A stretch of DNA of 64,000 nucleotides, from positions 704,001-768,000 of the forward strand of contig CM000434.1 of the NCBI GenBank assembly GCA_000165345.1, given 5' to 3'. Of this stretch, positions 12,701 through 21,567 are shown piece by piece; position 1 is the first letter of the stretch; the number at the start of each line of letters is the position of its first letter. The notes beneath the pieces are model-generated. The model saw nothing but the letters and a program-made list of their open reading frames with translations. It searched no databases and was not told the DNA's origin. A program made the position numbers and the translations under genes.

Positions 12701-14296
12701 AGTTATCATTTTAATTACACCAAAAGTTGAGCTTACTATAATACTTTTTACAATGAGACATTCTTCATTATAATACAAGTATGGAGAAACACTTGAAATA
12801 TCTGATAATTCAAAACTTGGAGAATTGATTTGTAGCTTTATTATATCAAATTCTTTCATCTTATTATCTTGAAACTGAAGATTTAATATAAACATTTCCA
12901 TACATTTTGAAGAAATGAAAAACTTAATTCTTTGTTCATTAACATTTTCTTCAATGATTACGACATCTCTTAAATCAATATAAATTTTATCTTGATAATA
13001 TTCATTTAAATTTACGGTCAAAATTTCCTCATTAAATTCTTCAGCATCTAATTCACATAAAATTAATTTTAATTCATTCTTTTCATAATTAAATATTAAC
13101 AATAATTTTCTAAATCTACATATACACCCAGAATTAATAAAGCCAGACTTATATCCACATGCACTTGCACATGCAAGCACCGGTATTGATTTGTCATTTA
13201 TAGACCTCCCCACACTTACGTGTATTGATTTCATGTGGATTACCGGTATATGTGTGCAAAAAATGCGCATTTGATATAGTTGGGGAGAAAATGACGTGGA
13301 TGAAGAGTTTATTAATGGAATCAGATTGGTTTCAGATATTGGTTTTTGATAATTATCTCTGGGATTAATTTGATTTTTAAGTAAGTTATTCCAGTCAAAA
13401 AAGAAAGTTTTTCCATATAGAATTTGGTTTTTTAAATCACTAAAGAGGCAAAATACAATTGGTTGGATTTTTGTGTAGTTTTTGCATGTTTTAGAAAATG
13501 AAATACATTCAAGTTTGTATTTAAGCGAGTCAAAATGGAAGAGATTTTCAGTCTGAATTTTCAACTCCAATTGTTCAATAATACCATTTTTGTTTACTAT
13601 TAGATTTGGAACAATAAGAAAAGAATAAGAAGAAATACAGACAATAATATATCCAGTATCATTGTCTATTGCAATACAATATTCTGGTATTAGCTTTTCA
13701 AAGATTATAGGGAAGGAGTTGGCAAATTTTATACTGTATTCATAAGGTCTAATAAAGTTAATTTTTGGAATTGTCTTATTCTTGGAGAGTGAAATCGAAA
13801 ACTCATTTTTTATTAAAAGCTGGTTGCTGAATATATTTGGTTCATTTTCTTTAATATTATGGTCCTTAATTATTGTATTAATACTTGTTGGAAATGCAAT
13901 AAAGGAATTTGGAATCTTATATGAGATATAAGGACAATCATGCTTGGAATGAGGAATAGAAACGCTTTTCAAAGAAAATAAATGAAGATTTTGAGAACAA
14001 TCCAATACTAAAATTAAATCAAATTGACTTTCTTGAATTGAGTATCTCCAAAAATCAACACAAGTATCTTCAAGTTTAACTGTTATTGATGCTAATTCTT
14101 CATTATTTGATGGAATGAATTCACTGAATACCGTTAATTCATTATATTTTAGTGTGGAAATATCAAGAAATTGTCTATTTTTGTTTAATGGGAAGAATTT
14201 TCCTGTAATTGTTTTTAATACTGAGGAGTCATTATAAAGAACATTTCCCAATATAGAACAGTTTGGATTCATGCTCCGATTTAAAGCTTTATACAA
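9776..14296 (-). CDS. Large hypothetical protein (1506 aa), Asn/Ile/Lys/Phe-rich, no recognised domain
   Basis: Single uninterrupted 4.5-kb ORF on the minus strand. Composition is consistent with AT-rich coding. I could not match any family (possibly beta-propeller-like). Confidence 0.55.
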   Translation of the reverse strand: MYKALNRSMNPNCSILGNVLYNDSSVLKTITGKFFPLNKNRQFLDISTLKYNELTVFSEFIPSNNEELASITVKLEDTCVDFWRYSIQESQFDLILVLDCSQNLHLFSLKSVSIPHSKHDCPYISYKIPNSFIAFPTSINTIIKDHNIKENEPNIFSNQLLIKNEFSISLSKNKTIPKINFIRPYEYSIKFANSFPIIFEKLIPEYCIAIDNDTGYIIVCISSYSFLIVPNLIVNKNGIIEQLELKIQTENLFHFDSLKYKLECISFSKTCKNYTKIQPIVFCLFSDLKNQILYGKTFFFDWNNLLKNQINPRDNYQKPISETNLIPLINSSSTSFSPQLYQMRIFCTHIPVIHMKSIHVSVGRSINDKSIPVLACASACGYKSGFINSGCICRFRKLLLIFNYEKNELKLILCELDAEEFNEEILTVNLNEYYQDKIYIDLRDVVIIEENVNEQRIKFFISSKCMEMFILNLQFQDNKMKEFDIIKLQINSPSFELSDISSVSPYLYYNEECLIVKSIIVSSTFGVIKMITFPNFKQKFIFAPKILEILKMEKAIMAPNCFDNKFILAARRYQCCFDQIKGGYYFQYDFVLRYIFLNSLKISTIAQFDSLKKGVLEIFIIPIEKNRYLVVYSKFLESQIDLLIKQESIPENKYYLKKIQINGFLISGHSTILCVKVCHNLMLQVTESRILLYQGISEQVKAFENQNHIDHFQPNIKDLWEYPDLIMYAKMADDNHLMIITQGHKLIQLKIESFQLFHFDIKDELTYIPIISSFESKKLILNNSSHVILTLIGDPHSQIFANLSSIQNPLKNIKSNFNLNHFLDSEVGMITSIEFDNNFHDNIYITTSFGFLCIFSLIQFTQDLFQEKFQTNQTKYKKIIINLKSHISSQEVFNLKVIGTQRRHIFNNNQIWKNRIILGSMTDYLYTELLETNEKFLKILHIKRLKFPIYSIITQFTENYQDYDHLYFLSLQGHENQYIKLVNVESNKLQSCDKVLPLKSTRHKVENMIYLKENSWIVVNIENWIPDSHSNKCPTRISSQLFLFDSDANLCGSKTYSINDNDSNFEENFRFKIFPNNGKDSFFQVFNRGENQNFIPNTIFQLISVHSNSTNTHKFHKDPFIVSGSYSFKGVESGLIYRSPSDHKKFFFFLVEKNFDTDKALELVSTRVISCLDISKTKRNYDSINTDITTYSQSIDHIIAFGNKLKLKVADFSISFPNMLIHNVTFQNHARIIAIDLLESISDLSKKQLIFHRIYFDLGTYSDHKLTQVKYQDNFDHFYHLDFPILDNKIIKDKQIQIYKGLSNQISLLIYENSLNQDSKLFFIGLQIILNYMYKRRNNEIISAFPAIITNLLFGIFDIVFSNKIKVNSTKSISSNSGAFFSKKKVNKLDKKQFENGIINTKISLYQISYLYFQVCSKCIKWKILMVLIVWYNLITTFKNNQDLEFISIRKLVCPLFQDWVLELEREVTIHFETIMDHSSLIENFFNSEYHFQQYQELLFSEFIEE

Positions 14297-14654
14297 TAAT
14301 CAAGTAACATCCAAATTATGAGGTTAATCTCATAAAGATGTATTTCTTTTTTTTGTGTGAATTTTAATTCCTCACAAAAAAAAAATGGTATATTTCTTGA
14401 ATAATACTTGTCGTTATAATATACATACATAAATTTAATATTCAGTTTGAGCGCCAACAGTCGAATTTAATAATCCTTGTTAATGTCAAAATTACAATAA
14501 AGAATTTCAAGTGAGAAGCGGAAATAGTTTCCAGAAAACGATCAGATTTGGAGTTTAATACTATTAGAATAGTTTTAATATCAAGGTTGCTTTAGAGTTT
14601 TTATTCATTAATTTTGAAAGCTTCTTGTTTGGTTAAGGTATAAGCTGATAACAA

Positions 14655-14891
14655 ATGGGTAAGGGTGGAAATGCTTGTAAGAGAAATCAATGTAGAGAAA
14701 GAAAGGTTGCTAATGGTGCTAAGGAGGGTAAGTCTCAGCTTAAAGTAAATGCTGAGGCAATGAGTTTGAAGTGTCAGATCTGCTTACAACCTTTTATGAA
14801 AGTTCAGACTGGGCCGTTACTTAAACAACATTGGGAAGCCAAACATCCAAAGAAGACTTTTCAAGAATGTTTTCCAGGGATAGAACTTTGA
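14655..14891 (+). CDS. ZNF706-like small C2H2 zinc-finger protein with an N-terminal 4F5/SERF-like basic region
   Basis: 78 aa. The C-terminus LKCQICLQPFMKVQTGPLLKQHWEAKHPKK matches the ZNF706 signature YTCTVCRTQMPDPKTFKQHFESKHPK. The N-terminal MGKGGN...KRNQ basic stretch resembles the 4F5 domain. Confidence 0.6.
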   Translation: MGKGGNACKRNQCRERKVANGAKEGKSQLKVNAEAMSLKCQICLQPFMKVQTGPLLKQHWEAKHPKKTFQECFPGIEL

Positions 14892-15164
14892 AAGAATTTA
14901 ATTATAAAAATTTATATATAAAAAGAGAAATAAGTCAGAAATAATGGGATAAATATATTGTTATTATTTTTAAAGAGAGAAATAGAAAGAAATTATTCAA
15001 AAAGCTTTATAAATTACCAGAAAGGTTTGAATTAGCAGTTTATTTCTCTTTTTGAGTTAAGTTTAATAAAAATGAATAGTAAAATCTATTTGATTTTTAT
15101 TATTACAAATTATTTTTACCATATTTTTTTTTCAATTCAATCTTAATCCAATCAAAAACATAAT

Positions 15165-16298
15165 CTAAGGAAAGTTAAAACTAATCATTTGAGCAATTTG
15201 TGAATTTGATGGATGAAGTAATTTGAAGATATCTTCATTTTCAGTGGGACTTATTATGTTATTATCAAGCCCTATTTGGTTAAGAGTAAATATTAGTGTT
15301 GCGGTAATTTGCATTTTTCTGAGGTAAGATACTATAACTGATGCAATTGATACAGTTTCATTTGTAACTCTTGTCCCAACAATCATTATTGGGAATATAT
15401 CCTTTGGATCTGGATTACTTTCTTCAAGTTCTTTGAACGATTTAATTGTTTCTTCAATTGGTAAATTAGAATAAATCAAATATTCATCCTCTATGGGAAT
15501 TTTGGATTCTGAATTATTTACATGAATAATTCTTACTTCATTATTACTTGCTGATTTTATTTTATTTGGAGTAAAATCCATAATAGTTTTTATTCCCAAA
15601 CTTTTAAGAATCTGAGGATGAACACTTTGAAAAACATTTCCAAGATAAATTTTATAAGTTTCACCCCAGCTGATAACAAGTGGATATTCTATTGAAGCAA
15701 TAATCTTTGATTTTAGATTCTGGGGGATGTTTTTTATTGATTTAATACTTGAAATACATTCGGCATCTATACTACAACATATATATGGAAATTCAAGACT
15801 AAATGAAGAATATCCATTTTTTAATAAGTAAATGGATTTAATTGATTGTATACATTTTTTCAAGTATTCCAATACTTCTCTTTGTGAGATTTCTAAATCA
15901 CTGGTATTTGTAAGTCTTCCTTCAAAGTCATAAATTATTACATGTTTTCTCTTTATTCCAATAATTTCAGAGCTTTGATTTCTATTGGATTCTGGAAATA
16001 TTCTTTTAACCCTATCTAAACTATTACATTCAATTGAGCCATTTATTTTAGTCCTTGATTTTATTATTTGATTTTTTGTTCTAATATCACAAATTACTAC
16101 TGGCTCATTATCAATAATGGAAGCTGAATTCTTTTCAATTTCTTTTAAATTCTTGCAAAGTAAGAGTTGACAAATATTAAATAACTTCTTGTTAGAGATT
16201 GGCTTACATTCCAGCTCCTTGCCTTTCTTAATAAGGCTAGCAACGTCTCTTGATTCATTCAAAAGTCGATTATATTCTATTGCTCTATGGTTCTCCAT
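15165..16298 (-). CDS. Rhodanese (CH2) plus dual-specificity-phosphatase-fold protein lacking the catalytic Cys/Arg. An MK-STYX-like pseudophosphatase.
   Basis: N-terminal VVICDIRTKNQIIKSRTKINGSIEC...KHVIIYDFEG fits a rhodanese/CH2 domain. C-terminal IYLGN...LKSLGIKTIMD...IMIVGTRVTNETVSIASVIVSYL fits a DUSP fold. The HCxxGxxRS loop reads IVGTRVTNETVS (Cys to Gly, Arg to Glu) by my manual alignment. Confidence 0.5.
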   Translation of the reverse strand: MENHRAIEYNRLLNESRDVASLIKKGKELECKPISNKKLFNICQLLLCKNLKEIEKNSASIIDNEPVVICDIRTKNQIIKSRTKINGSIECNSLDRVKRIFPESNRNQSSEIIGIKRKHVIIYDFEGRLTNTSDLEISQREVLEYLKKCIQSIKSIYLLKNGYSSFSLEFPYICCSIDAECISSIKSIKNIPQNLKSKIIASIEYPLVISWGETYKIYLGNVFQSVHPQILKSLGIKTIMDFTPNKIKSASNNEVRIIHVNNSESKIPIEDEYLIYSNLPIEETIKSFKELEESNPDPKDIFPIMIVGTRVTNETVSIASVIVSYLRKMQITATLIFTLNQIGLDNNIISPTENEDIFKLLHPSNSQIAQMISFNFP

Positions 16299-17055
16299 CT
16301 TCTTTTTTTTATTTATATATAATAATTCTTTAAGAGTAAAATAAAAGGCTAGAATTGACTTCTCAGATGAATGAATGAGTAAATAAATAAATGTATAAAT
16401 ATAAATATATATATCACGTAATTACCTGCTTTATTTCTCCTTTTATTTTCTATAATATATATTCCACAATTTCTTGTTTTTTTTTTATTTAGGAATTAAT
16501 GATTGTAAATTCTTCCATATAATAACTTGTTATATTAATAGTATAATTAATAATAATCACTTTATTTTCCAGCTAAACTTCCAACTTTTGATTTAATCTT
16601 ATTTTCATTAAAAAAAAATTAAAATCTCTAATATATTTTATTTCTCGTTCAATATCTTGACAGGAAATTTTTACTTAATATAATATTAATATTGCGAGAC
16701 GAGACACGTACACATATAAAAAAATGCATGCAAATTTGGTTAACAATAATTATGTTTATATATTTTTTAAAAACTTTAATTGGGGGGTGGAGGGGTGTTA
16801 CAGAAAAGGCGGGAAATATTCTTTAAGTCAAAAAAAATTGTATACCGGCATTTGCATGCAAAAAAAAAAAAAAAATGACATATTAATAGGTATTCATACG
16901 AAAAGGTAAATAAATTATATGATTTAACTTCCTACTTATATGTGAAATTTCTCACATCTATTATTTAATTAAATGAATAATTATATCCAATACATAAACT
17001 CAAATGATTCAAATATGAATTCAATATACACCTGAATTAATAATTAAAACATAAT

Positions 17056-18915
17056 TTAAGCTAACAATGGGGTAGAAAGATCTGATGAAGTCTGGACTGA
17101 TACAACCATTCCTTTGTTTATCTTTGAATTTGGAGAGAGAGAAAAAGAGTCACCTCCTTCTTGTTGAGAAAGAGCTGCGGAAATTAAAGTAGAAGAACCA
17201 GTTGAATCTAAATTATTAGTTGTCTTTGAATTACTTTCATGATTACCTGAAATTAAAAAACCATTCAAACTTTCTCCTCCTTCATTTTCATTAAATGTTC
17301 CATTCATAAACATGTTTCTTTGAGATGAATTTCCGATACAAGTATTATTATTATTTGCACTTAAAGAGGTATCTTGGTTTTGAAATAGAGGAAAATTGTG
17401 GATAAGAGAACCCGTCATGAAGTTGGGATGTCCTGTAATAATGTTCCCGCCAACTCCAGTGATAGTTAATCCAGCTAAATGGTTTAAATACCCAAGATGA
17501 TTGAAAAAATTGAATTGGTTTTGAAAGGCAATTTGGTGAAAAGTTTGACTCAAAAAATTGTTCAAATCTGGCCCAAAAATTCCGTTACAATTTGGAGAGA
17601 GTAAATCTGGGAAAGAAGAGGGAGGGCTACTAGTTGAATTAAAATGGGTTGTTGGCACGTGATTTTGTATTCCAGGTGGTAATTGATTTGGGAAGATAGA
17701 CCCCATGAGAGTAAAGTGGGTTCCCATTCCTACTCCTCCTAGACCTGTTCCTGCTATTCCTCCAATTCCTCCTGTTCCTCCAATTCCACCTGTTCCTCCA
17801 ATTCCACCTGTTCCTCCAATTCCTCCTGTTCCTCCAATTCCTCCGGTTCCTCCCATTCCTCCTGTTCCTCCCATTCCTCCTATTCCACCCATCCCTGCTA
17901 ATCCCATTGTTCCTGCTGCTCCTGTTCCACTTAAAAATGGGTTCTGCTCATTTATACTAGAAATTACACGATTAATCATTGTGTTGAATCCATCGATATC
18001 AGAAGAAAATTGCTTTTTCAGACGACTATTATTGTTAATTCCATTTTCACTTTCATTGTTAAAATCAGTAGATGAAGTAATATTTGGAATAGGTGGTATT
18101 TGAATATTGCTAAGAAAATTATTACTTGAGCTTTTCTTTATGTGATTACTATTTGTACTAGAAATACTGACTTCTGGCTCATTCTTTGTTGTAGATTCTT
18201 CAGTAATTGAGATTCCATTTTCGATTCCTTCTCCTGCTCCCACTCCTCCTACTCCTGCTCCTCCTACTTCTCCATTATTACCACTACTATTCCCACCAGA
18301 ATTTGTGATAATTGATAATGGTGATAGTATTCTGGATTCATTTGGTGAGTTATGATTACTATTATTTAAGATTCCAAAGTTAGGCTGTGATTCGATTTGA
18401 AATTGTTCTCTAAGATTATTGAGATCTGAATATTTCTCAGTTTTAGTTAATTTAATTGGTTGTTGAGGAGATGTACAAGATATATTACTCATAGTAGGAG
18501 ATTGTGTTTGAGCTAAAGTGTATAATGGAACAATACTTGGTTCAGATATATTTTTATTATTAGAATTGCCACTATTTTTTGGTTTATTCTTCTTTTGTAA
18601 AGCTTTTCTACTTTCATGAAGTGCACTATAATATTCGATTAATTCTTTTTTGGCTGGATCTAAAATTGGAGGATCATGAAGATCATCCGGTACTACACCT
18701 TTTACATCGATATAGTCAAGAACCGCTCTAGAAAGTAAAGATGCTGCTTCTTTACCATATTTAGCTTCACTAAAAGAACATTGTCTTCTACTAGGTTTTG
18801 TTGATTCATGAGTCCAAAAAACTACTCTCCATTCTTTTTTTCCACCTGGTTTATATACTCTTTCTCCCCTTGCTCTTGTTGGAGTTCTATTCTTATTAAT
18901 TAAGGAAGTTGTCAT
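17056..18915 (-). CDS. ApiAP2-type DNA-binding protein with an internal Gly-rich (GGTGGI)n repeat
   Basis: The N-terminus RVYKPGGKKEWRVVFWTHESTKPSRRQCSFSEAKYGKEAASLLSRAVLDYI fits the AP2 pattern W..W....R..SFS..KYG.E.A..LA (approx. nt 18705-18890). The middle carries GGTGGMGGTGGIGGTGGIGG repeats. N/S-rich low complexity. Confidence 0.6.
   Translation of the reverse strand: MTTSLINKNRTPTRARGERVYKPGGKKEWRVVFWTHESTKPSRRQCSFSEAKYGKEAASLLSRAVLDYIDVKGVVPDDLHDPPILDPAKKELIEYYSALHESRKALQKKNKPKNSGNSNNKNISEPSIVPLYTLAQTQSPTMSNISCTSPQQPIKLTKTEKYSDLNNLREQFQIESQPNFGILNNSNHNSPNESRILSPLSIITNSGGNSSGNNGEVGGAGVGGVGAGEGIENGISITEESTTKNEPEVSISSTNSNHIKKSSSNNFLSNIQIPPIPNITSSTDFNNESENGINNNSRLKKQFSSDIDGFNTMINRVISSINEQNPFLSGTGAAGTMGLAGMGGIGGMGGTGGMGGTGGIGGTGGIGGTGGIGGTGGIGGTGGIGGIAGTGLGGVGMGTHFTLMGSIFPNQLPPGIQNHVPTTHFNSTSSPPSSFPDLLSPNCNGIFGPDLNNFLSQTFHQIAFQNQFNFFNHLGYLNHLAGLTITGVGGNIITGHPNFMTGSLIHNFPLFQNQDTSLSANNNNTCIGNSSQRNMFMNGTFNENEGGESLNGFLISGNHESNSKTTNNLDSTGSSTLISAALSQQEGGDSFSLSPNSKINKGMVVSVQTSSDLSTPLLA
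17744..17905. repeat. 18-bp tandem repeat (about 8 to 9 copies of cctgttcctccaattcct) inside the ApiAP2 CDS
   Basis: Directly visible periodicity. Encodes (GGTGGI)n on the minus strand and generates the spurious PIPPVPP ORF on the plus strand. Confidence 0.85.
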
Positions 18916-19602
18916 ATTTATTAAATAATGAAAATAATTAATTATAATACCAAAAATAGGTATTGGAATGGAGTTACAATATCCTAAAACAAGAGATATT
19001 GAATAGATTTTCTTTTATTATGATTATGATTATTATATGAATTCCTCTAGTTTCAAGCTTATTAATTCAAATAAAATAGATATATATGTTTTTGTAATAT
19101 TTTAGATTCTATTTATTTACTTAAGCCTACTTTAAAAGCAAAAAGCCCGAAAGGCCTAAAGCTTTAAGCAGGAAACTTGAAAACAAAAATCCCGTAACTC
19201 CAAAGCCTGAAATTTAAAAGCAGGAAACTATTTGTTTTTTTTTGGTATTGATAATATATAAATACTGCTTTTCTTTTATTCTGAATATATTAAAAAATCT
19301 CTATAACTAGAACAATTGTCTTATTTTAAATATATTCGATTTTTAGAAATAATATATTAAAATAGTTTTACCTCTTTATATTTCTCTATTATTTCTTCTT
19401 TCTCTCCTTATCTTTATCTCTATATCTCTATATAATTTCACTAACAATTTTCCGATTTATAAGTATTAATGTTAAAAAAACAATGAAATAATAATATTAG
19501 TGTTATGAATGAAATATATATTAAAGTTATATTACTTTTTAATGTTTATTATATAAATCCAATTGTCAAAGTTAGACTATAAATATTATACATATATTTT
19601 CC

Positions 19603-19621
19603 TTTTTTTTTTTTTTTTTTT
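19603..19621. repeat. Poly(T) homopolymer tract (19 nt)
   Basis: Seen directly. Confidence 0.9.
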
Positions 19622-20424
19622 AATTTTCTGATTAAAATGGATTAACTTTATATTATTGGATAAGACTTATTTAATAGTAATTCAATAATATTGGTATTAG
19701 AGGAGTGTAATTTTTGATAGAATTTTACTTCTATCAAATACTCACTCTTTATAGATTTCTCAAGTCAAATCCTTATTTAATAAAAATAAGAATAATAATA
19801 ACTTGACCAATATCTGAATTAACCAATTTTATCCCTTTATTTTCCTTTTCTTAACTTTATTTATATAAGTTCTCCATAAACGTAGATTTTTTTTTTCTAC
19901 CTATAATTTTTGCTGACCTATTTTCCAACCATATACCCCACGTAAATCAATATATAATATATTATATCTTGCCTCTTTTCTCTTTATCTATCCCTATCTA
20001 ACATTTAATGTTACACCGTGACTAAGCGTCTGTCATACCGCAACTCAGTCTAATGCATTAATTATTAGATAAATTCACTATTTAATATTATTTTAATTAC
20101 CGGGGTGTGCTAAATAATACGTATACTCCCGTTTGGCGCCAAGTCTTTTATCAAATAGGGTGTACCTATGGGGAAAATTTGGGATGAAAAAAGATTAATA
20201 AATTAGAAAAGATTTAGTAAGAATTAGTTTTTGATATAAGTAATGATTAGATTTGTTCTATAAAAAAAGAGTAAACAATGTTTTTTTTTGTTTTAATGGT
20301 GAATTTTCTTTCAAAGCATTCAATGATTTTTCTATTGAATTTTTTTTTGTTTTTTTTTTCTTCTTGTTCACCCACAAATTTTATGTTTCATTATATATTT
20401 ATTTGAAAAGAATAAATTAGAATT

Positions 20425-20450
20425 GCATGCGTCTTCCCGCCAAAGCATGC
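20425..20450. promoter_or_regulatory. GCATGC - TTCCCGCCAAAG (E2F-like) - GCATGC composite element in the AP2 / 21568 divergent spacer
   Basis: Seen directly. Confidence 0.4.
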
Positions 20451-20451
20451 A

Positions 20452-20480
20452 ATATATATATATATATATATAATATATAT
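20452..20480. repeat. (AT)n dinucleotide microsatellite
   Basis: atatatatatatatatataatatatat, seen directly. Confidence 0.9.
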
Positions 20481-20484
20481 AAAC

Positions 20485-20548
20485 GAAAAGGGGGGAGAGG
20501 GGGGAAGAAGAGAAGAGAGGGGGAGGAAGAGAAGAGAGGGGGAAGGAA
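20485..20548. repeat. 64-nt uninterrupted homopurine (GA/G-rich) tract
   Basis: gaaaaggggggagaggggggaagaagagaagagagggggaggaagagaagagagggggaagg. All purines on the plus strand. Confidence 0.9.
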
Positions 20549-21375
20549 TGAGAAATAGGGAGAGATGAGATAGTTAAAAAGAGAATGGTAGTAATAATAA
20601 CTATAGAGTTTTTTGATTAAAAAAAACTTGTAGGGCTTGTAAATTATATTTTCTCTTATAGTTTTAAATATATTATTGCGAACATTTTTTTAATATAAGA
20701 AAAAAAATATTTGTATGACGTGTGCGCGGCAACTTTTGGGATTTTAATATCATTACATGTCAATGCAAGTTGCATGTAATAATGATTTTTTGTAATTATG
20801 CTTGTAATGTATTGTAAGTTGCATGCAGAATAGTAATAATAATAAGAGAAGGAAAATGATGAGAAGAGAGGAAAGTGAATGGAATAGATTGTATTTGATT
20901 TGTTTGAATGATTTTTTCTAAATGAATTGGAGGAAAAAAACTTTTAAGTACATTAATTATATACCTAATCAATGTATTGAATTTTATGTGAGTTCAAATA
21001 TATATATGTAATTTTTTTTCTTTAAATTTAGTTGAAAGTTTGGCTAAATTGGAAAATTTAGCCGCGTATAATATTAAGAGCACAATAACTTAGAAAGTTT
21101 TAATAATATATATAAATAATAGTTTTGAGTAATTGACACGAATAGTAACAAATTATAACTATTTTTCTTTAGGTTAGGTTAGAAAAGTCAAATTAAAGAT
21201 GACGATAATAATAATAGTAATAATAATGATACAAATATAATGTTACTAATAATTAAATAGAAACATAGGGAGAGGGGGGGGGGCTATATTATATTACAAT
21301 AGTAATAATAATTTCCATAACTCTATATAATATTTGCATGCATGAAAAATTTTAAAATAATTTTTTTTTGAATAT

Positions 21376-21388
21376 TTTGGCGGGAATA
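21376..21388. promoter_or_regulatory. E2F-like TTTTGGCGGGAAT about 190 bp upstream of gene 21568
   Basis: Seen directly. GCATGCATG lies at 21335-21345 nearby. Confidence 0.45.
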
Positions 21389-21567
21389 ATGAGTTGGCAA
21401 TAAAATTGTGGTTGCGCATGCAAGCAAAAGTATTTATGTGGCTTAACAAAATATTAATAAAATAATAAACACAAACATTGAAAAAAAAAATCCGAGAAAG
21501 AAAGAAAAAGAAGGAATATTTAGGAGTAGTATATAAACAGAAAAAGTGAAGAAAATAGGAGGAGAAG

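Noticed and set aside
17705-18103. Plus-strand ORF encoding PIPPVPPIPPVPP proline-rich repeats
   Set aside because: It is the antisense reading of the 18-bp Gly-rich tandem repeat inside the minus-strand ApiAP2 gene, which has the domain evidence. A repeat-generated spurious ORF.
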